A stretch of 63,996 bases of DNA, filler included, from an uncultured Acidimicrobiia bacterium (GCA_964347285.1; 3 parts of 3 records of this genome joined end to end with filler, not necessarily neighbours in it), one strand, 5' to 3'. Positions 22,218-32,570 are shown, counted from the first letter of the whole stretch. Notes: generated from the letters alone by a model not told the origin. Translations and numbers: made by a program.

Positions 22218-23366
22218 GTGCGCGTCAACCCGGTCCTCGATGAGCTCGGGGCCTATCCGATCGGGCAGCTCCAGGAGAAGGCCCGAGCCATGCGAGAGGC
22301 CGGAGAGCGGGTCATCGACTTCTCCATCGGCGATCCGCGCGAACCTACTCCGCCCTTCATTCCGGAGGCCCTCCGGAGGGCTATCCCGGATGTGTCCCAG
22401 TACCCCACCGTTCCCGGGCTCAGGGAGCTGCGCAGCGCAGTGGCCGGGTATGTGCGCCGCCGCTTCGGCGTCGACGTGGATCCCGATACCCAGATCATGC
22501 CGACGTCGGGATCGAAAGAGGCGATCTTCACCACCCCGCTGGCCTTCATCGACCGCTCGGCCTCCGACGCGGTGGTGTACGGCAGCCCGGCCTATCCGAT
22601 TTACGAGCGGGGAACCCGCATGGCCGGAGGCGAAGCCGTTGCCGTGCCCCTGAGCGGGGACTTCGTACTTCGGGCCGGGGACATCCCCGACGAGGCGTGG
22701 CGGCGGGCCAAACTGGTGTGGTCGTGTTCACCGCACAATCCCACCGGCGCCGTCGCGGCTCGAGACGACCTGATCGAGCTGATCGACCGGAGCAGGGAAG
22801 CGGGGGCCTTGTTCTGTTCCGACGAGTGCTACGCCGACATCTATGAGGGTGAGCCTCCGCCATCGGCTCTCCAGGTAGCCGGACCGGAATCCGCGGGTGT
22901 GCTCGTTTACCTGAGCTGTTCCAAGCGCTCGGGCATGACCGGCTATCGAAGTGGGGCCGTGGTGGGCGATGCCGCCGCCGTCGCCGCACTGCGCAAGCTG
23001 CGAGGTTCGACGGGGACGGCGCCGCCCGAGTTCATCCAGGCGGCCGGAGCGGCGGCCTGGTCTGACGATCGTCACGCTGCCGAGCGCCGGGAGATCTTTG
23101 CCGCAAAGCGTCGAGTGCTTCGCAAGGCCCTCGAGGAAGCCGGCCGGCGGGTCGTCGGGTCGCAAGCGGCGATCTACCTGTGGGTCGAGGTGGGCGACGA
23201 CACGGCCGCAGCCGCTCGATTGCTGGAGGAGGGGGTGGTGGCGAGCCCGGGCCGTGCCTTCGGTCCCGGGGGAGAGGGTTATCTCCGGCTGGCGCTCGTG
23301 CCCACCCTGGAAGAATGCGAGGAGGCCACGGAGGTGCTGGCTCGATGCCTGAAGACCGGGAGCTGA
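22218..23366 (+). CDS. dapC: N-succinyldiaminopimelate aminotransferase
   Basis: Class I PLP aminotransferase (PHNPTG, SDECY, SCSKRSGMTGYRSG); first gene of dapD-dapE cluster. Confidence 0.88.
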   Translation: MRVNPVLDELGAYPIGQLQEKARAMREAGERVIDFSIGDPREPTPPFIPEALRRAIPDVSQYPTVPGLRELRSAVAGYVRRRFGVDVDPDTQIMPTSGSKEAIFTTPLAFIDRSASDAVVYGSPAYPIYERGTRMAGGEAVAVPLSGDFVLRAGDIPDEAWRRAKLVWSCSPHNPTGAVAARDDLIELIDRSREAGALFCSDECYADIYEGEPPPSALQVAGPESAGVLVYLSCSKRSGMTGYRSGAVVGDAAAVAALRKLRGSTGTAPPEFIQAAGAAAWSDDRHAAERREIFAAKRRVLRKALEEAGRRVVGSQAAIYLWVEVGDDTAAAARLLEEGVVASPGRAFGPGGEGYLRLALVPTLEECEEATEVLARCLKTGS

Positions 23367-24154
23367 TCGGGAAGGCCTACGCCGACCTCGAGCTGCTCGG
23401 AGAGGCGGCCGATGCGGTGGATCGCACCATTGCCGCCCTCGATCGGGGAGAGCTGCGAGCGGCGGAGAAGGCCGAGGGCCGGTGGCGCGTCAACGACTGG
23501 GTGAAGCAGGCCATCTTCCTGTACTTCCGGCTGGCCGGGCTCGAGACATGGGAAGCCGGCCGACTCGAGTTCCACGACAAGATACCCACCAAGCGCGGCC
23601 TCGCCGAGGCCGGGGTGCGGGTGGTGCCGCCCGGGGTGGTCCGCTACGGAGCGTTCTGCGAACCCGGCGTGGTGGTCATGCCGGGCTACGTCAACATCGG
23701 GGCCCGGGTGGGGGCAGGTACGCTCGTCGACACCTGGGCCACCGTTGGCTCCTGCGCCCAGGTGGGGCGCGACGTGCACTTGTCGGGCGGCGTCGGTATC
23801 GGGGGCGTCCTCGAGCCGCCGTCGGCCCGTCCGGTGATCGTCGAGGATGGGGCTTTCGTCGGGAGCCGCTCGATTCTGGTGGAAGGGGTGCTGGTGGAAG
23901 AGGGAGCGGTGCTCGGGGCCAACGTCACGATCACCTCGTCCACTCCGATCATCGACGTCACCGGCTCGGAGCCCGTCGAATACCGGGGGCGGGTGCCGGC
24001 CAATGCGGTGGTGGTGCCGGGGACTCGGCCCAAGGAGTTTCCGGCGGGAAGCTACGACCTGCAGTGCGCGCTCGTCATCGGCCATCGCTCGGAGTCCACC
24101 GATCGCAAGACCTCCCTCAACGAAGCGCTGCGCGTCTTCGAGGTGCCGGTGTGA
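23345..24154 (+). CDS. dapD: Tetrahydrodipicolinate N-succinyltransferase
   Basis: WVKQAI, FHDKIP, RVVPP, DTWATVGSCAQVG, HLSGGVGIGGVLEP. Confidence 0.95.
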   Translation: MPEDRELIGKAYADLELLGEAADAVDRTIAALDRGELRAAEKAEGRWRVNDWVKQAIFLYFRLAGLETWEAGRLEFHDKIPTKRGLAEAGVRVVPPGVVRYGAFCEPGVVVMPGYVNIGARVGAGTLVDTWATVGSCAQVGRDVHLSGGVGIGGVLEPPSARPVIVEDGAFVGSRSILVEGVLVEEGAVLGANVTITSSTPIIDVTGSEPVEYRGRVPANAVVVPGTRPKEFPAGSYDLQCALVIGHRSESTDRKTSLNEALRVFEVPV

Positions 24155-25203
24155 GCGACTTCACCGAGACGCTCCGGCAGATCGTCGACATCCCTTCTGA
24201 GCTCGGAAGTGAGGGCCGGCTGTGCACGGCTCTCGAGGAGCGCATGCTGGCTACCTGGGGTCGGGACGGCGTCGATCGGATCGGCAACAGCTTGGTGGTC
24301 GGCCGTCGCACCGGCCGGCCCCTCATCTCGTTGTACGGCCACATCGACACCGTTCCCTCGCAAGGACAGGCCCCGGCACGAATCGAAGGGGGGAGGCTCT
24401 TCGGGCTGGGAGCTTCGGACATGAAGGCAGGTGTGGCGGTGATGCTCCATCTGCTCGAGGATGCCGAGGTGATCGCCGGTCCTTATGACGTGGTGGCGGT
24501 CTTCTATGACAAAGAGGAGGGCCCGGCCGACGAAAGCGGTCTGGTCCAAGTTCTTCCACGCGCCGACTGGCTACAGGAAGCCGAATTCGCGGTGGTGCTC
24601 GAACCGACCGACCTGGAGCTGCACATCGGTTGCCAGGGGTTCATCAACGCCAAGCTGATCTTCGAAGGCACCTCCGCCCACAGCAGCCGTCCCTGGCTGG
24701 GCGAGAACGCCATCACCAAGGCGGGCGCCTTCCTTACCGAGATGCACGCCTGGGCTCACCGGCCGGTGAGGGTGGAGGGCTTTGAGTACACCGAGGTCTT
24801 CAGCATCACCAAGGCTTCCGGCGGCATCGCCCACAACATCATCCCCGATCGGTTCGAGGTGACGCTCAACCACCGTTTCCCTCCCGATTTGAGTCTCGAG
24901 GAGGCCGAGGCCCGAATGAAGTCGGTGGCCCGGGCCGCAGATCGGATCGAGATCATCGACCGGGCCCCCGGGGCGGCTGCGCCGGCCGACAACCCTCATT
25001 TCGAGCGGCTTCAGGAGGTCTCCGGTGCGGCGCAACACTCCAAGCAGGGCTGGACGGATGTGGCCCGCCTCGCCGCCCTCGGGATTCCGGCAGTCAACTA
25101 CGGGCCGGGTGAGGCCTTCCAGGCGCACCGGGTTGGTGAGTCGGTGGACCTGACCAATCTCGACGAGGGCTTCCGCGTCTTGAAGTCGTTTCTGACCACC
25201 TAG
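24151..25203 (+). CDS. dapE: Succinyl-diaminopimelate desuccinylase
   Basis: GHIDTVP, GASDMK, KEE, LEPT, SAHSSRPW, WTDVAR, NYGPG, AH. Confidence 0.92.
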   Translation: MSDFTETLRQIVDIPSELGSEGRLCTALEERMLATWGRDGVDRIGNSLVVGRRTGRPLISLYGHIDTVPSQGQAPARIEGGRLFGLGASDMKAGVAVMLHLLEDAEVIAGPYDVVAVFYDKEEGPADESGLVQVLPRADWLQEAEFAVVLEPTDLELHIGCQGFINAKLIFEGTSAHSSRPWLGENAITKAGAFLTEMHAWAHRPVRVEGFEYTEVFSITKASGGIAHNIIPDRFEVTLNHRFPPDLSLEEAEARMKSVARAADRIEIIDRAPGAAAPADNPHFERLQEVSGAAQHSKQGWTDVARLAALGIPAVNYGPGEAFQAHRVGESVDLTNLDEGFRVLKSFLTT

Positions 25204-25254
25204 AGGCCCGGGAGCGTCGCTCGTGCCGATCCGGGGGCCCCGTCCCGGGTCGGG

Positions 25255-25962
25255 TCACCGAGGCGCCTGGGGGACGGCAATGTGTCCTCGCTCCGGGCCG
25301 CCGAACAGGCGGACGCGACGCGTGCGGTGACGATGCCAGACCGCAGCCGCCCAGGCACAGAAGCGGGCGTCGAGCCGGTCCTCGATGGCCTTGAGGGCGC
25401 CGCCGGTGGCGTCCCGGGGGATCCTCACATGTTGGCCCAAGAGCGGCGGATCGCTCTGTTCCAGGCGACGCATCAGGCGTCGCAGGCGGGCCAGTCCGCG
25501 ACGACGATCCGACGGCGTGCCCTTCTTGTAGGCGAGGCGCTCGGGCAGTCCGAAGACCTCCACCAGCCCGGGGTGGGGGTAGACCTCGAGGAGCGTTCGT
25601 GCCCTATTGGCCCACGGATCGCCGAACCCGAGATCTGCAAAGCGCTCGGCCAGATCCTCGCCGCGAATGCGGCCGTAGCGGCTCAGGAAGAGGGTCCGGT
25701 TGGCTGGATGAGGCCCGGCATGACGGCTCCCGTAGACCGCGGCGACCTGGCGGTCGCAGTCACGGGCACCCCCGGCGTTGGGAACGCTGAGCGGTATGTC
25801 GGCCGCTACTACGGCCGGACCGTCGAGGTGGTCGGCCACCCATCCCAGGATGTCGTCATCGGACCGAAGCAGCCGTTCGTCGACCACCGTGCCGTCTGCC
25901 TCCACAGCACACGCTCCACTCCAGTTGTGGTCGGCCCAGGCGAGGTCGAGGCCAAAGAACAT
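25255..25962 (-). CDS. DUF429 domain protein (predicted RNase H-like nuclease)
   Basis: GLDLAW, ADIPL, EVYPHP, YKK, EDRLDA. Confidence 0.82.
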   Translation of the reverse strand: MFFGLDLAWADHNWSGACAVEADGTVVDERLLRSDDDILGWVADHLDGPAVVAADIPLSVPNAGGARDCDRQVAAVYGSRHAGPHPANRTLFLSRYGRIRGEDLAERFADLGFGDPWANRARTLLEVYPHPGLVEVFGLPERLAYKKGTPSDRRRGLARLRRLMRRLEQSDPPLLGQHVRIPRDATGGALKAIEDRLDARFCAWAAAVWHRHRTRRVRLFGGPERGHIAVPQAPR

Positions 25963-26039
25963 CCGCCGGGAGTGTATGGAAACCGTCGATGTGAGGCAGG
26001 CCGAGACTCCAGACGACCGGTTCGACCTACCATCGCCGT

Positions 26040-26333
26040 GTGCCCATCGACATCGATATCGCCAAGGTGGCCCGACTGGCCCGCCTCGCCTTGAGCGAGG
26101 ACGAACTCCGCCGCTACGGCGATCAGCTCCAGGTCATCCTGGAGCACGCCGCCGCCATACAGGCGCTGCCCACCGATGATATCGAGCCCACTTCGCATCC
26201 TCTGGCCATGGCCAACGCCTTTCGGCCCGACGAGGTGAGCGCGTCGCTCGACCGCGCCGAGGTGCTCGGCCAGGCCCCCGACGCCGCCGATGGCTACTTT
26301 CGTGTTCCCCGCATTCTCGAGGAGCCGCCGTGA
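26040..26333 (+). CDS. gatC: Asp/Glu-tRNA amidotransferase subunit C
   Basis: VARLARL, PTSHP, FRVPRI; precedes gatA. Confidence 0.95.
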   Translation: MPIDIDIAKVARLARLALSEDELRRYGDQLQVILEHAAAIQALPTDDIEPTSHPLAMANAFRPDEVSASLDRAEVLGQAPDAADGYFRVPRILEEPP

Positions 26334-27811
26334 GCGATCCGGCCGATCTCACGATGGCCGAGGCCGGCCGGGCGCTGCGCGCCGGTGAGCTTTCCTCGGT
26401 CGAGCTGTTCGAGGCGGTCCGGCAGCGGGCCTCGATGACCGAAGCCAACCTCCACGCCTACCTCACTCTTGATGCCGAGGGGGCCCGGGCCGCCGCCGAG
26501 GCTGCCGATGCCGCTTTCGCCGGAGGAGTCGATGCAGGTCCTCTTCAGGGGATTCCGATCGCCGTCAAGGACAACATGGCGACCCGGGGGCTCGAGACGA
26601 CGTGTGGCTCGAAGATCCTGTCCGGCTACCTCCCTCCCTACGACGCCACCGCAGTGCAGCGTCTCCGGACCGGCGGTGCGGTGATCGTGGGCAAGACCAA
26701 TCTCGATGAGTTCGCCATGGGCTCGTCCACCGAGAACTCCGGATACGGGCCGACCCGCAACCCGTGGGACACCGACCGGGTGCCGGGCGGCAGTTCGGGA
26801 GGATCGGCAGCGGCGGTGGCGGCCGGCTCGGCCCTGGCCGCCCTGGGTTCGGACACCGGAGGCTCGATCCGGCAGCCGGCATCACTGTGCGGGGTCGTTG
26901 GTATGAAGCCGACCTACGGCTTGGTGAGCCGCTACGGCCTGGTCGCCTTTGCGTCTTCGCTCGACCAGATCGGACCCATCGGTCGCACCGTCGAGGATGC
27001 CATCACCCTGCTGTCGGCCGTGGCCGGTTGGGATCCCCGCGATGCCACGAGCTACCGGGGTGATCTCCCCGACTTCTCCGCCGCCGTGGACCAGGGAATC
27101 GCCGGGCTGCGGGTGGGAGTGGTCCGGGAGCTGTCGGGCGAGGGGATCGACCCCGAGGTGCAGGAGGTGTTCGGGGGAATGGTCGACGCTCTGGCCGCCG
27201 ACGGTGCCGCAGTAACCGAGGTATCGCTGCCGTCCTTTTCGCACGCACTGTCGGCCTACTACCTGATCGCACCCGCCGAGTGTTCGGCCAACCTGGCCCG
27301 GTTCGATGGCGTTCGCTACGGGTTGCGCGTCGAGGGTGCGACGGTGGAGGAGATGATGGCCGCCAGCCGGGCCCAAGGATTTGGCCCCGAGGTCATTCGA
27401 CGGGTGCTGCTGGGCACCTACGCCCTTTCCGCCGGCTACTACGACGCGTTCTACGGCCGGGCCCAAAAGGTCCGCACGCTGATCATCCAGGACTTCGCCA
27501 CCGCCTACGAGCACGTCGACGTATTGGTGTCTCCGGTCAGCCCGACGACCGCATTTGCGCTGGGCGAGCGCGTCGACGATCCGCTGTCGATGTACCTGTC
27601 CGACTTGTGCACGATCCCCCTGAACCTGGCCGGCGATCCCGGGATCTCGGTACCGATCGGGACCGACTCGGGCGGCTTGCCGGTGGGTTTTCAGGTCATG
27701 GCCCCGGCCCTTGGAGAAGCGGTGCTGTTTCAGGCGGCCGCCGCCGTCGAGCGCTTGGCCGACTTCACGGCCCGCCCGGTAATGGCCACCTCCGAGGTGA
27801 CGACGCCGTGA
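26330..27811 (+). CDS. gatA: Asp/Glu-tRNA amidotransferase subunit A
   Basis: [46 protein letters not shown]. Confidence 0.97.
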   Translation: MSDPADLTMAEAGRALRAGELSSVELFEAVRQRASMTEANLHAYLTLDAEGARAAAEAADAAFAGGVDAGPLQGIPIAVKDNMATRGLETTCGSKILSGYLPPYDATAVQRLRTGGAVIVGKTNLDEFAMGSSTENSGYGPTRNPWDTDRVPGGSSGGSAAAVAAGSALAALGSDTGGSIRQPASLCGVVGMKPTYGLVSRYGLVAFASSLDQIGPIGRTVEDAITLLSAVAGWDPRDATSYRGDLPDFSAAVDQGIAGLRVGVVRELSGEGIDPEVQEVFGGMVDALAADGAAVTEVSLPSFSHALSAYYLIAPAECSANLARFDGVRYGLRVEGATVEEMMAASRAQGFGPEVIRRVLLGTYALSAGYYDAFYGRAQKVRTLIIQDFATAYEHVDVLVSPVSPTTAFALGERVDDPLSMYLSDLCTIPLNLAGDPGISVPIGTDSGGLPVGFQVMAPALGEAVLFQAAAAVERLADFTARPVMATSEVTTP

Positions 27812-29253
27812 GGTACGAACCGGTTATCGGTGTAGAGACCCACGTGGAGTTGACCACCCGCTCGAAGATGTTCTGCGGGTGCGCCGTCGACTTCGGAGCC
27901 GAACCCAACACCCGGGTGTGTCCGGTTTGCCTGGGTTTGCCCGGGGCGCTCCCGGTTCCCAACGAGGCAGCTATAGAGGGGATCATCTCCATCGGGCTGG
28001 CCCTCGACTGCGAAGTCGTGGCCCAGTCGATCTTCCATCGCAAGAACTACTTCTACCCCGACCTGCCGAAGAACTATCAGATCTCCCAGTACGACTTGCC
28101 GATCTGCGTCGGTGGTCACCTGGACATCGCGGTCGACGGATACACCCGCCGTGTTGGGATCACGCGCGTCCACATGGAGGAAGACACCGGCAAGAGCCTG
28201 CACGTCGGTGAAGGGGGCCGGATCCATGCCGGGACCCACACTCTCCTCGACTTCAACCGCTCCGGAGTGCCGCTGGTCGAGGTGGTCACCGAACCGGATC
28301 TGCGTTCACCGGAAGAAGCCCGGGTTTACGCTCAAGAACTCCAGGCGCTGGTGCGAGCCCTGGGTGTGTCCGATGCCAAGCTCGAAGAGGGAAGCATGCG
28401 CTTCGATGCCAACGTGTCGCTGCGCGCCGCCGGAAGCTCCGAGTTCGGGACGAGAACCGAGGTCAAGAACATGAACTCGCTCCGTTCCCTGGAACGGGCC
28501 CTGGCCTACGAGATCGACCGCCAGACGGCCGTGCTCGACGGCGGCGAAGAGGTGGTCCAGGAGACCCGCCACTGGGACGAAGACGCTGCCCAGACGCAGG
28601 CGATGAGGGGCAAGGAGGAGTCTTCCGATTACCGCTACTTCGCCGAGCCGGATCTGCTGCCGCTGGCGGTGGACCGCGATTGGCAGGACCGAATTCGCAG
28701 CGGCCTGCCCGAGCTTCCCCAGAGTCGACGGGTCCGGTACCTCGAATTGGGTCTGGACGAATCCACCGCCGGCCGGCTGGCCGCCGATGCCGGACTGGGC
28801 GACCTGCTCGACGGGGCAACCACCGCCGGCGCCGAGGCTGCCGTCGTCGGCAATTGGCTCACCGGCGAGGTGGTCGGCTACCTGCGCCGTGAGGAGAAAG
28901 ACCTGGGGGAGACCCCCCTGACCGCACTCCACCTGGCCGAGCTCTACGAGATGACCCGCTCCGGGGACCTGTCGGCCACAGCTGCCAAGGAGGTGCTCAC
29001 CGGCGTACTGGCGGGTGAGGGATCGCCGGCCGAGGTGGCGGCGCAGCGTGACCTCATTCAGGTCACCGATGTCGATGCTTTGGCCGCCGAGGTCGATGCC
29101 GTGCTGACCGCCAATCCCGATGTCGTGGAGAAGGTGCGGGGCGGCGATGCCAAACCGATCGGCTTCCTGGTGGGGCAGGTGATGAAGGCCACCGGCGGAA
29201 AGGCCGACCCCCGCAAAGTGACCCAGCTCATCCAGGAGAAGACCCGAGGATGA
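27808..29253 (+). CDS. gatB: Asp/Glu-tRNA amidotransferase subunit B
   Basis: [50 protein letters not shown]. Confidence 0.97.
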   Translation: MRYEPVIGVETHVELTTRSKMFCGCAVDFGAEPNTRVCPVCLGLPGALPVPNEAAIEGIISIGLALDCEVVAQSIFHRKNYFYPDLPKNYQISQYDLPICVGGHLDIAVDGYTRRVGITRVHMEEDTGKSLHVGEGGRIHAGTHTLLDFNRSGVPLVEVVTEPDLRSPEEARVYAQELQALVRALGVSDAKLEEGSMRFDANVSLRAAGSSEFGTRTEVKNMNSLRSLERALAYEIDRQTAVLDGGEEVVQETRHWDEDAAQTQAMRGKEESSDYRYFAEPDLLPLAVDRDWQDRIRSGLPELPQSRRVRYLELGLDESTAGRLAADAGLGDLLDGATTAGAEAAVVGNWLTGEVVGYLRREEKDLGETPLTALHLAELYEMTRSGDLSATAAKEVLTGVLAGEGSPAEVAAQRDLIQVTDVDALAAEVDAVLTANPDVVEKVRGGDAKPIGFLVGQVMKATGGKADPRKVTQLIQEKTRG

Positions 29254-29747
29254 CCCTCCAGCGCTGGCTCGACTGGAAGCGTCCCCGTCCAGTGGCTGCG
29301 TGGGAGGAGACCGACCTGCGCGATGTCGACCCTTCGGTCGTGTGGACGATCATGGGCGACCTGGCCCGGTTGGACGAATGGGCGCCGACCGAGAAGACGC
29401 AGTGGGCGGGAGATCTCCCCGAGGCCGGCGAGGTCTTCCCGACCCTGCTGAAGATCGGATGGCGCCGCTACCCGGTCACTTGCGAAGTCCTCAACTGGGA
29501 GGCGGGGCGACGCTATCGGCTGAAGCTCGGTGGACTGCCCATGAGCGAGAACGTAGAGGTCGAGTGTCGGGTGGAGGCCATGGTGGAGCCCGACCGGACC
29601 GGCTCGCGCGTGGCAGTCGGGTACGGAGGCGCCGTGAGCGGCTGGGCCGCCGGTTTCATTCACACGGCGGCGGCGAGACGGGCCCGGCAATCGCTGCGGC
29701 GCGTCGAAAAGCTGGTTGCGGCCCGAAATCGGTCCACGGGGAGCTGA
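29250..29747 (+). CDS. SRPBCC family protein
   Basis: DPSVVWTIMGDLARLDEW motif; ATGA overlap with gatB. Confidence 0.7.
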   Translation: MTLQRWLDWKRPRPVAAWEETDLRDVDPSVVWTIMGDLARLDEWAPTEKTQWAGDLPEAGEVFPTLLKIGWRRYPVTCEVLNWEAGRRYRLKLGGLPMSENVEVECRVEAMVEPDRTGSRVAVGYGGAVSGWAAGFIHTAAARRARQSLRRVEKLVAARNRSTGS

Positions 29748-29978
29748 GCCGGCCGGAGTTGGCTCTGGTCGAAGCTTCTCAGTGCGCTCGCTCGGGCCGT
29801 TCGCCTAGGCCCTCGTGCCGAACGCCCCTAGCTGTCCGGCGGGGCGCCCCTTTAGCTTGACGGGGTAGATCAGGGCGACGGGACCCTTCCCTGCGCCGCC
29901 GATGTGCTTGCCGACACTGTGTGCCCGGTTGCCGTCGACGCGCAGAGGTGCCGGCCCTTCGAGAAAGCGAGGGCGCGC

Positions 29979-30437
29979 ATGTCGTATCTCGAGGCACTGA
30001 GGCGTCACCCGTTCTTAGAGGGAATGCGTGAAGCCCACCTGGCCCGGATCGACGCCTGCTGCACATCCCAAGTGAGTTTCGAGCCCGGTGACACCATCTT
30101 TCGGAAAGGCCAGCCGGCCGGCGCCTGCTATCTGATCGAAACCGGAGAGGTGGCGCTCGACGCCGAGACGCGGGGAGGCACCCGCACCCTGCAGACGCTC
30201 CATGAAGGCGACGTCCTCGGATGGTCGTGGATGATCCCTCCGTACCGATGGCGATTCGACGCCCGGGCCATCACCGGGACGACTGCCCTGGCCTTGAAGG
30301 CGAGCTCTCTGATGCAGGCAAAGGACTACGACCACGACCTGGGCTACGAGCTCATGAAGCGTCTCTTCGCCGTTGTCGTCAAGCGACTGGAAGCCACCCG
30401 GCTCCAGCTGTTGGAGATGTATGCAGCCGGAGAATGA
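29979..30437 (+). CDS. Stand-alone cyclic nucleotide-binding domain protein
   Basis: HPFLEG, F..G..IFRKGQPA..CYLI..GEV, GDVLGWSW, RLEATRLQLL; no HTH. Confidence 0.88.
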   Translation: MSYLEALRRHPFLEGMREAHLARIDACCTSQVSFEPGDTIFRKGQPAGACYLIETGEVALDAETRGGTRTLQTLHEGDVLGWSWMIPPYRWRFDARAITGTTALALKASSLMQAKDYDHDLGYELMKRLFAVVVKRLEATRLQLLEMYAAGE

Positions 30438-30551
30438 TCGCACGCACCCATTGGCCGATGACGGCGCCCGATGTGGGCCCGGCCGTCGGTGCTGGAGGAT
30501 CTCGATGACGCGCCGCTCTTCGGTAGCCGACTCCGTCGTCTGGAGATGGGC

Positions 30552-30809
30552 ATGAGGGGCTCGTCCCCGGCCAAGCTGGTTTCGGCCTGGGGACTCGGGC
30601 GGGAGCGGCGCGGCTGGGCCCTCATCGAAGGTGAGGTGCGCGAAATCCATCTGGGGTCGGTTCCTGATGCCAAGCCCGGCGATTACCTGGCGGTGAAGCG
30701 AGGCTCGGCGGTGGCCCGGCTGGATGATCTCGAGGCCGAGCAGGTCTTGGCCCTACTAGAGGCTGGTCGGGCGACGGCAGCCGACGGCAACGACCGCCCG
30801 GGTGACTAG
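30552..30809 (+). CDS. HypC/HupF-fold protein lacking the conserved Cys2 and His
   Basis: MRGSSPAKLV...VREIHL..VPDAKPGDYL.V..G.A...LD..EA...L.LL aligns with HypC consensus; GGAG 6 nt upstream. Confidence 0.7.
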   Translation: MRGSSPAKLVSAWGLGRERRGWALIEGEVREIHLGSVPDAKPGDYLAVKRGSAVARLDDLEAEQVLALLEAGRATAADGNDRPGD

Positions 30810-30833
30810 TCCCTTTGTGCTAGTCCCTTTGTG
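30806..30833. repeat. Perfect 14-bp tandem repeat (CTAGTCCCTTTGTG)x2
   Basis: Copies at 30806-30819 and 30820-30833. Confidence 0.95.
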
Positions 30834-31003
30834 TAGGTAGGGGCCCAACATTGACTTGTGCCTACTCTCCGATAAGACTCGAATGCGCTACGTAGCAGGT
30901 GGCCAGGGAACCCCGCCCGAGCACGCGCTTGGGGACTCCTCAGATCCTGGCCGTTTTCGGTGTCGCGTTCCGGCCGCCTGTTCCAGGGCGCAAGGGAGAG
31001 GAT

Positions 31004-31183
31004 GTGAGCCGGAATCCGGTACTCGTTCACAGGTCGGCGCTTCGGCGCGTCCTCTCCCTTGCCTCGATTCTGGTGTTGGTGGCGGCTGTCTTGGTGGTCC
31101 CGGGACGGCCCGCCCTGGCAACCGGCCACGCCCTCATCATCGCCGAGTCGGCCGGGTCTACCGATGTCGACGAGACCGGTCCC
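31004..31183 (+). CDS. N-terminus of a secreted protein, truncated by the contig end
   Basis: RBS, signal peptide ending PALA, then IAESAGSTDVDE (Calx-beta-like repeat start). Confidence 0.6.
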
Positions 31184-31283
31184 NNNNNNNNNNNNNNNNN
31201 NNNNNNNNNNNNNNNNNNNNNNNNNNNTTAATTAATTAANNNNNNNNNNNNNNNNNNNNNNNNNNNNNNNNNNNNNNNNNNNN
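31184..31283. other. Artificial contig linker
   Basis: N-run with TTAATTAATTAA (stops in all frames) at 31228-31239. Confidence 0.99.
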
Positions 31284-31423
31284 CGGATTCTGGCCGATCG
31301 GCACCCGTTGCGCCTCTTCCCGTAACGGGGTCCGCCGGTCGATGCCCGGGCCACCGCCCACCCGCGGCGACGACCCACCGCCCGGTTCCGACGAGCGGCT
31401 GTGAACGATGCAAGCGGAAGTTC

Positions 31424-31802
31424 TCAGCCGGCGGCGACTTCCCTGCTGGCGACAAAACCGGCAAAGCCGACCACGGCTCCACCGAGGACGATCCAGAGGC
31501 CGAAGCCGATCCGGACGAGCCCGGGAGCTATGCGGCTCGCGCTGGCGGGATCAACCACCGCGATCGCGGTGGTGAGAAAGGTGCATGCAACGTACCACCC
31601 CCGGCCGAACCTCCTCCAGAGTCTGGCCACGCCCGCAGAGGAGAACACCACGGCCAACGACCCGACCATCATGAGGGCCCAGCCCTGCCGTGATCACCCC
31701 ATCCCCTTCGATTCCCAGCGTGCGGAGGCCACCAGGCGCGGTTGCCCACGGGAGAAACGAGCCGACCAGGACGGCGATCCCACCCAGCACCATGGCGGCC
31801 AT
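31424..31802 (-). pseudogene. Small multi-TM membrane protein with 1-bp frameshift near 31675
   Basis: MAAMVLGGIAVLVGSFLPW...GDGVITAGLG continues as LMMVGSLAVV...IGFGLWIVLGG after removing one base. Confidence 0.6.
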
Positions 31803-31828
31803 CCCCGCCTCGGCCAATGGCGGGCGCG

Positions 31829-32152
31829 ATGCCACCGGCCTTCTTCTACGCCGGCTTCGCTTGGTGGGGCTTCGCCTTCTGGATGGGAGTTCCGGGTGTG
31901 ATGCAGATGCTGGCGGCTAGATCGTTGCATCCCGCCGAGCGGGCAGGCGATGCCCAGGGAGCGATGGCGGCAGGTCGCGCCCTGGCCCCCTTCCTCGGCG
32001 GCGGCTTCGCCGATGCCGGTGCCTATACCGCCCTGGCGGTCGTCTCGGGCATGGGCCTTGCAACAGCCAGCCTCGCCATCGTCGGCGTTCAAGAGGGTCG
32101 GGAGCGCTTGCCGCCCACCGACCCCACTTTCGGGGCGCCCGGGACGCGTTGA
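31829..32152 (+). pseudogene. C-terminal fragment of an MFS transporter
   Basis: Three TM helices with ERAGDAQGAMAAGRALAPFLGG; no room for the N-terminal portion. Confidence 0.65.
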
Positions 32153-32178
32153 GGGGGCCCAGACGGGCCCCCTCAACG
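32147..32178. terminator. 14-bp perfect hairpin between convergent ORFs
   Basis: CGTTGAGGGGGCCC-AGAC-GGGCCCCCTCAACG. Confidence 0.8.
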
Positions 32179-32184
32179 TGCGAG

Positions 32185-32268
32185 TTACTTGCTCTTCTTC
32201 GATGACTTCTTGGCCGCGGGTTTCGGCGCTTGCTTCTTCGAGCGGCTGTTTGCCTTACGAGCAGGCAT
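32185..32268 (-). CDS. 27-aa lysine-rich small protein MPARKANSRSKKQAPKPAAKKSSKKSK
   Basis: GGAGG 5 nt before ATG, AAG-biased Lys codons, TAA followed by hairpin; below ORF-track cutoff. Confidence 0.7.
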   Translation of the reverse strand: MPARKANSRSKKQAPKPAAKKSSKKSK

Positions 32269-32369
32269 GGACTCCTCCATTGAGACGGCCACCCGGGATG
32301 GGTGGCAACCACGCGAATGTATTCGCTCTCACGTAGCTTGGGAAGGCCCAAATGTTGTCGAACACGACG

Positions 32370-32570
32370 ATGCGTCCCGTTGCCTTCCGGCTGTTGGCGA
32401 CGGCGTGCGGTACGGCGTCGGTGCCCGCTGCCTCCGCCACCCCTGAGGTGCTCGCCGCCCGGGAGGCGGCCTTCTCGGCCGCCTGCGCCGAGTGCCACGG
32501 TCCCCGAGCCACCGGCACCGATCAGGGCCCTCCCCTCGTCGACGACATCTACCGCTCCTCCCACCACGCC
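32370..32570 (+). pseudogene. N-terminal fragment of a class I cytochrome c lipoprotein
   Basis: Lipobox-like ATAC, CAECH heme motif, GTDQGPPLV..IY...HH; similarity ends at the capsid junction. Confidence 0.7.

Noticed and set aside
29770..29900. GGGAC/GGGCC motifs resembling DosR/DevR boxes upstream of the cNMP gene
   Set aside because: Matches are too degenerate for a GC-rich background
31184..31283. TTAATTAATTAA palindrome in N-runs (also 61269-61368)
   Set aside because: Artificial contig spacer; adjacency across it has no biological meaning
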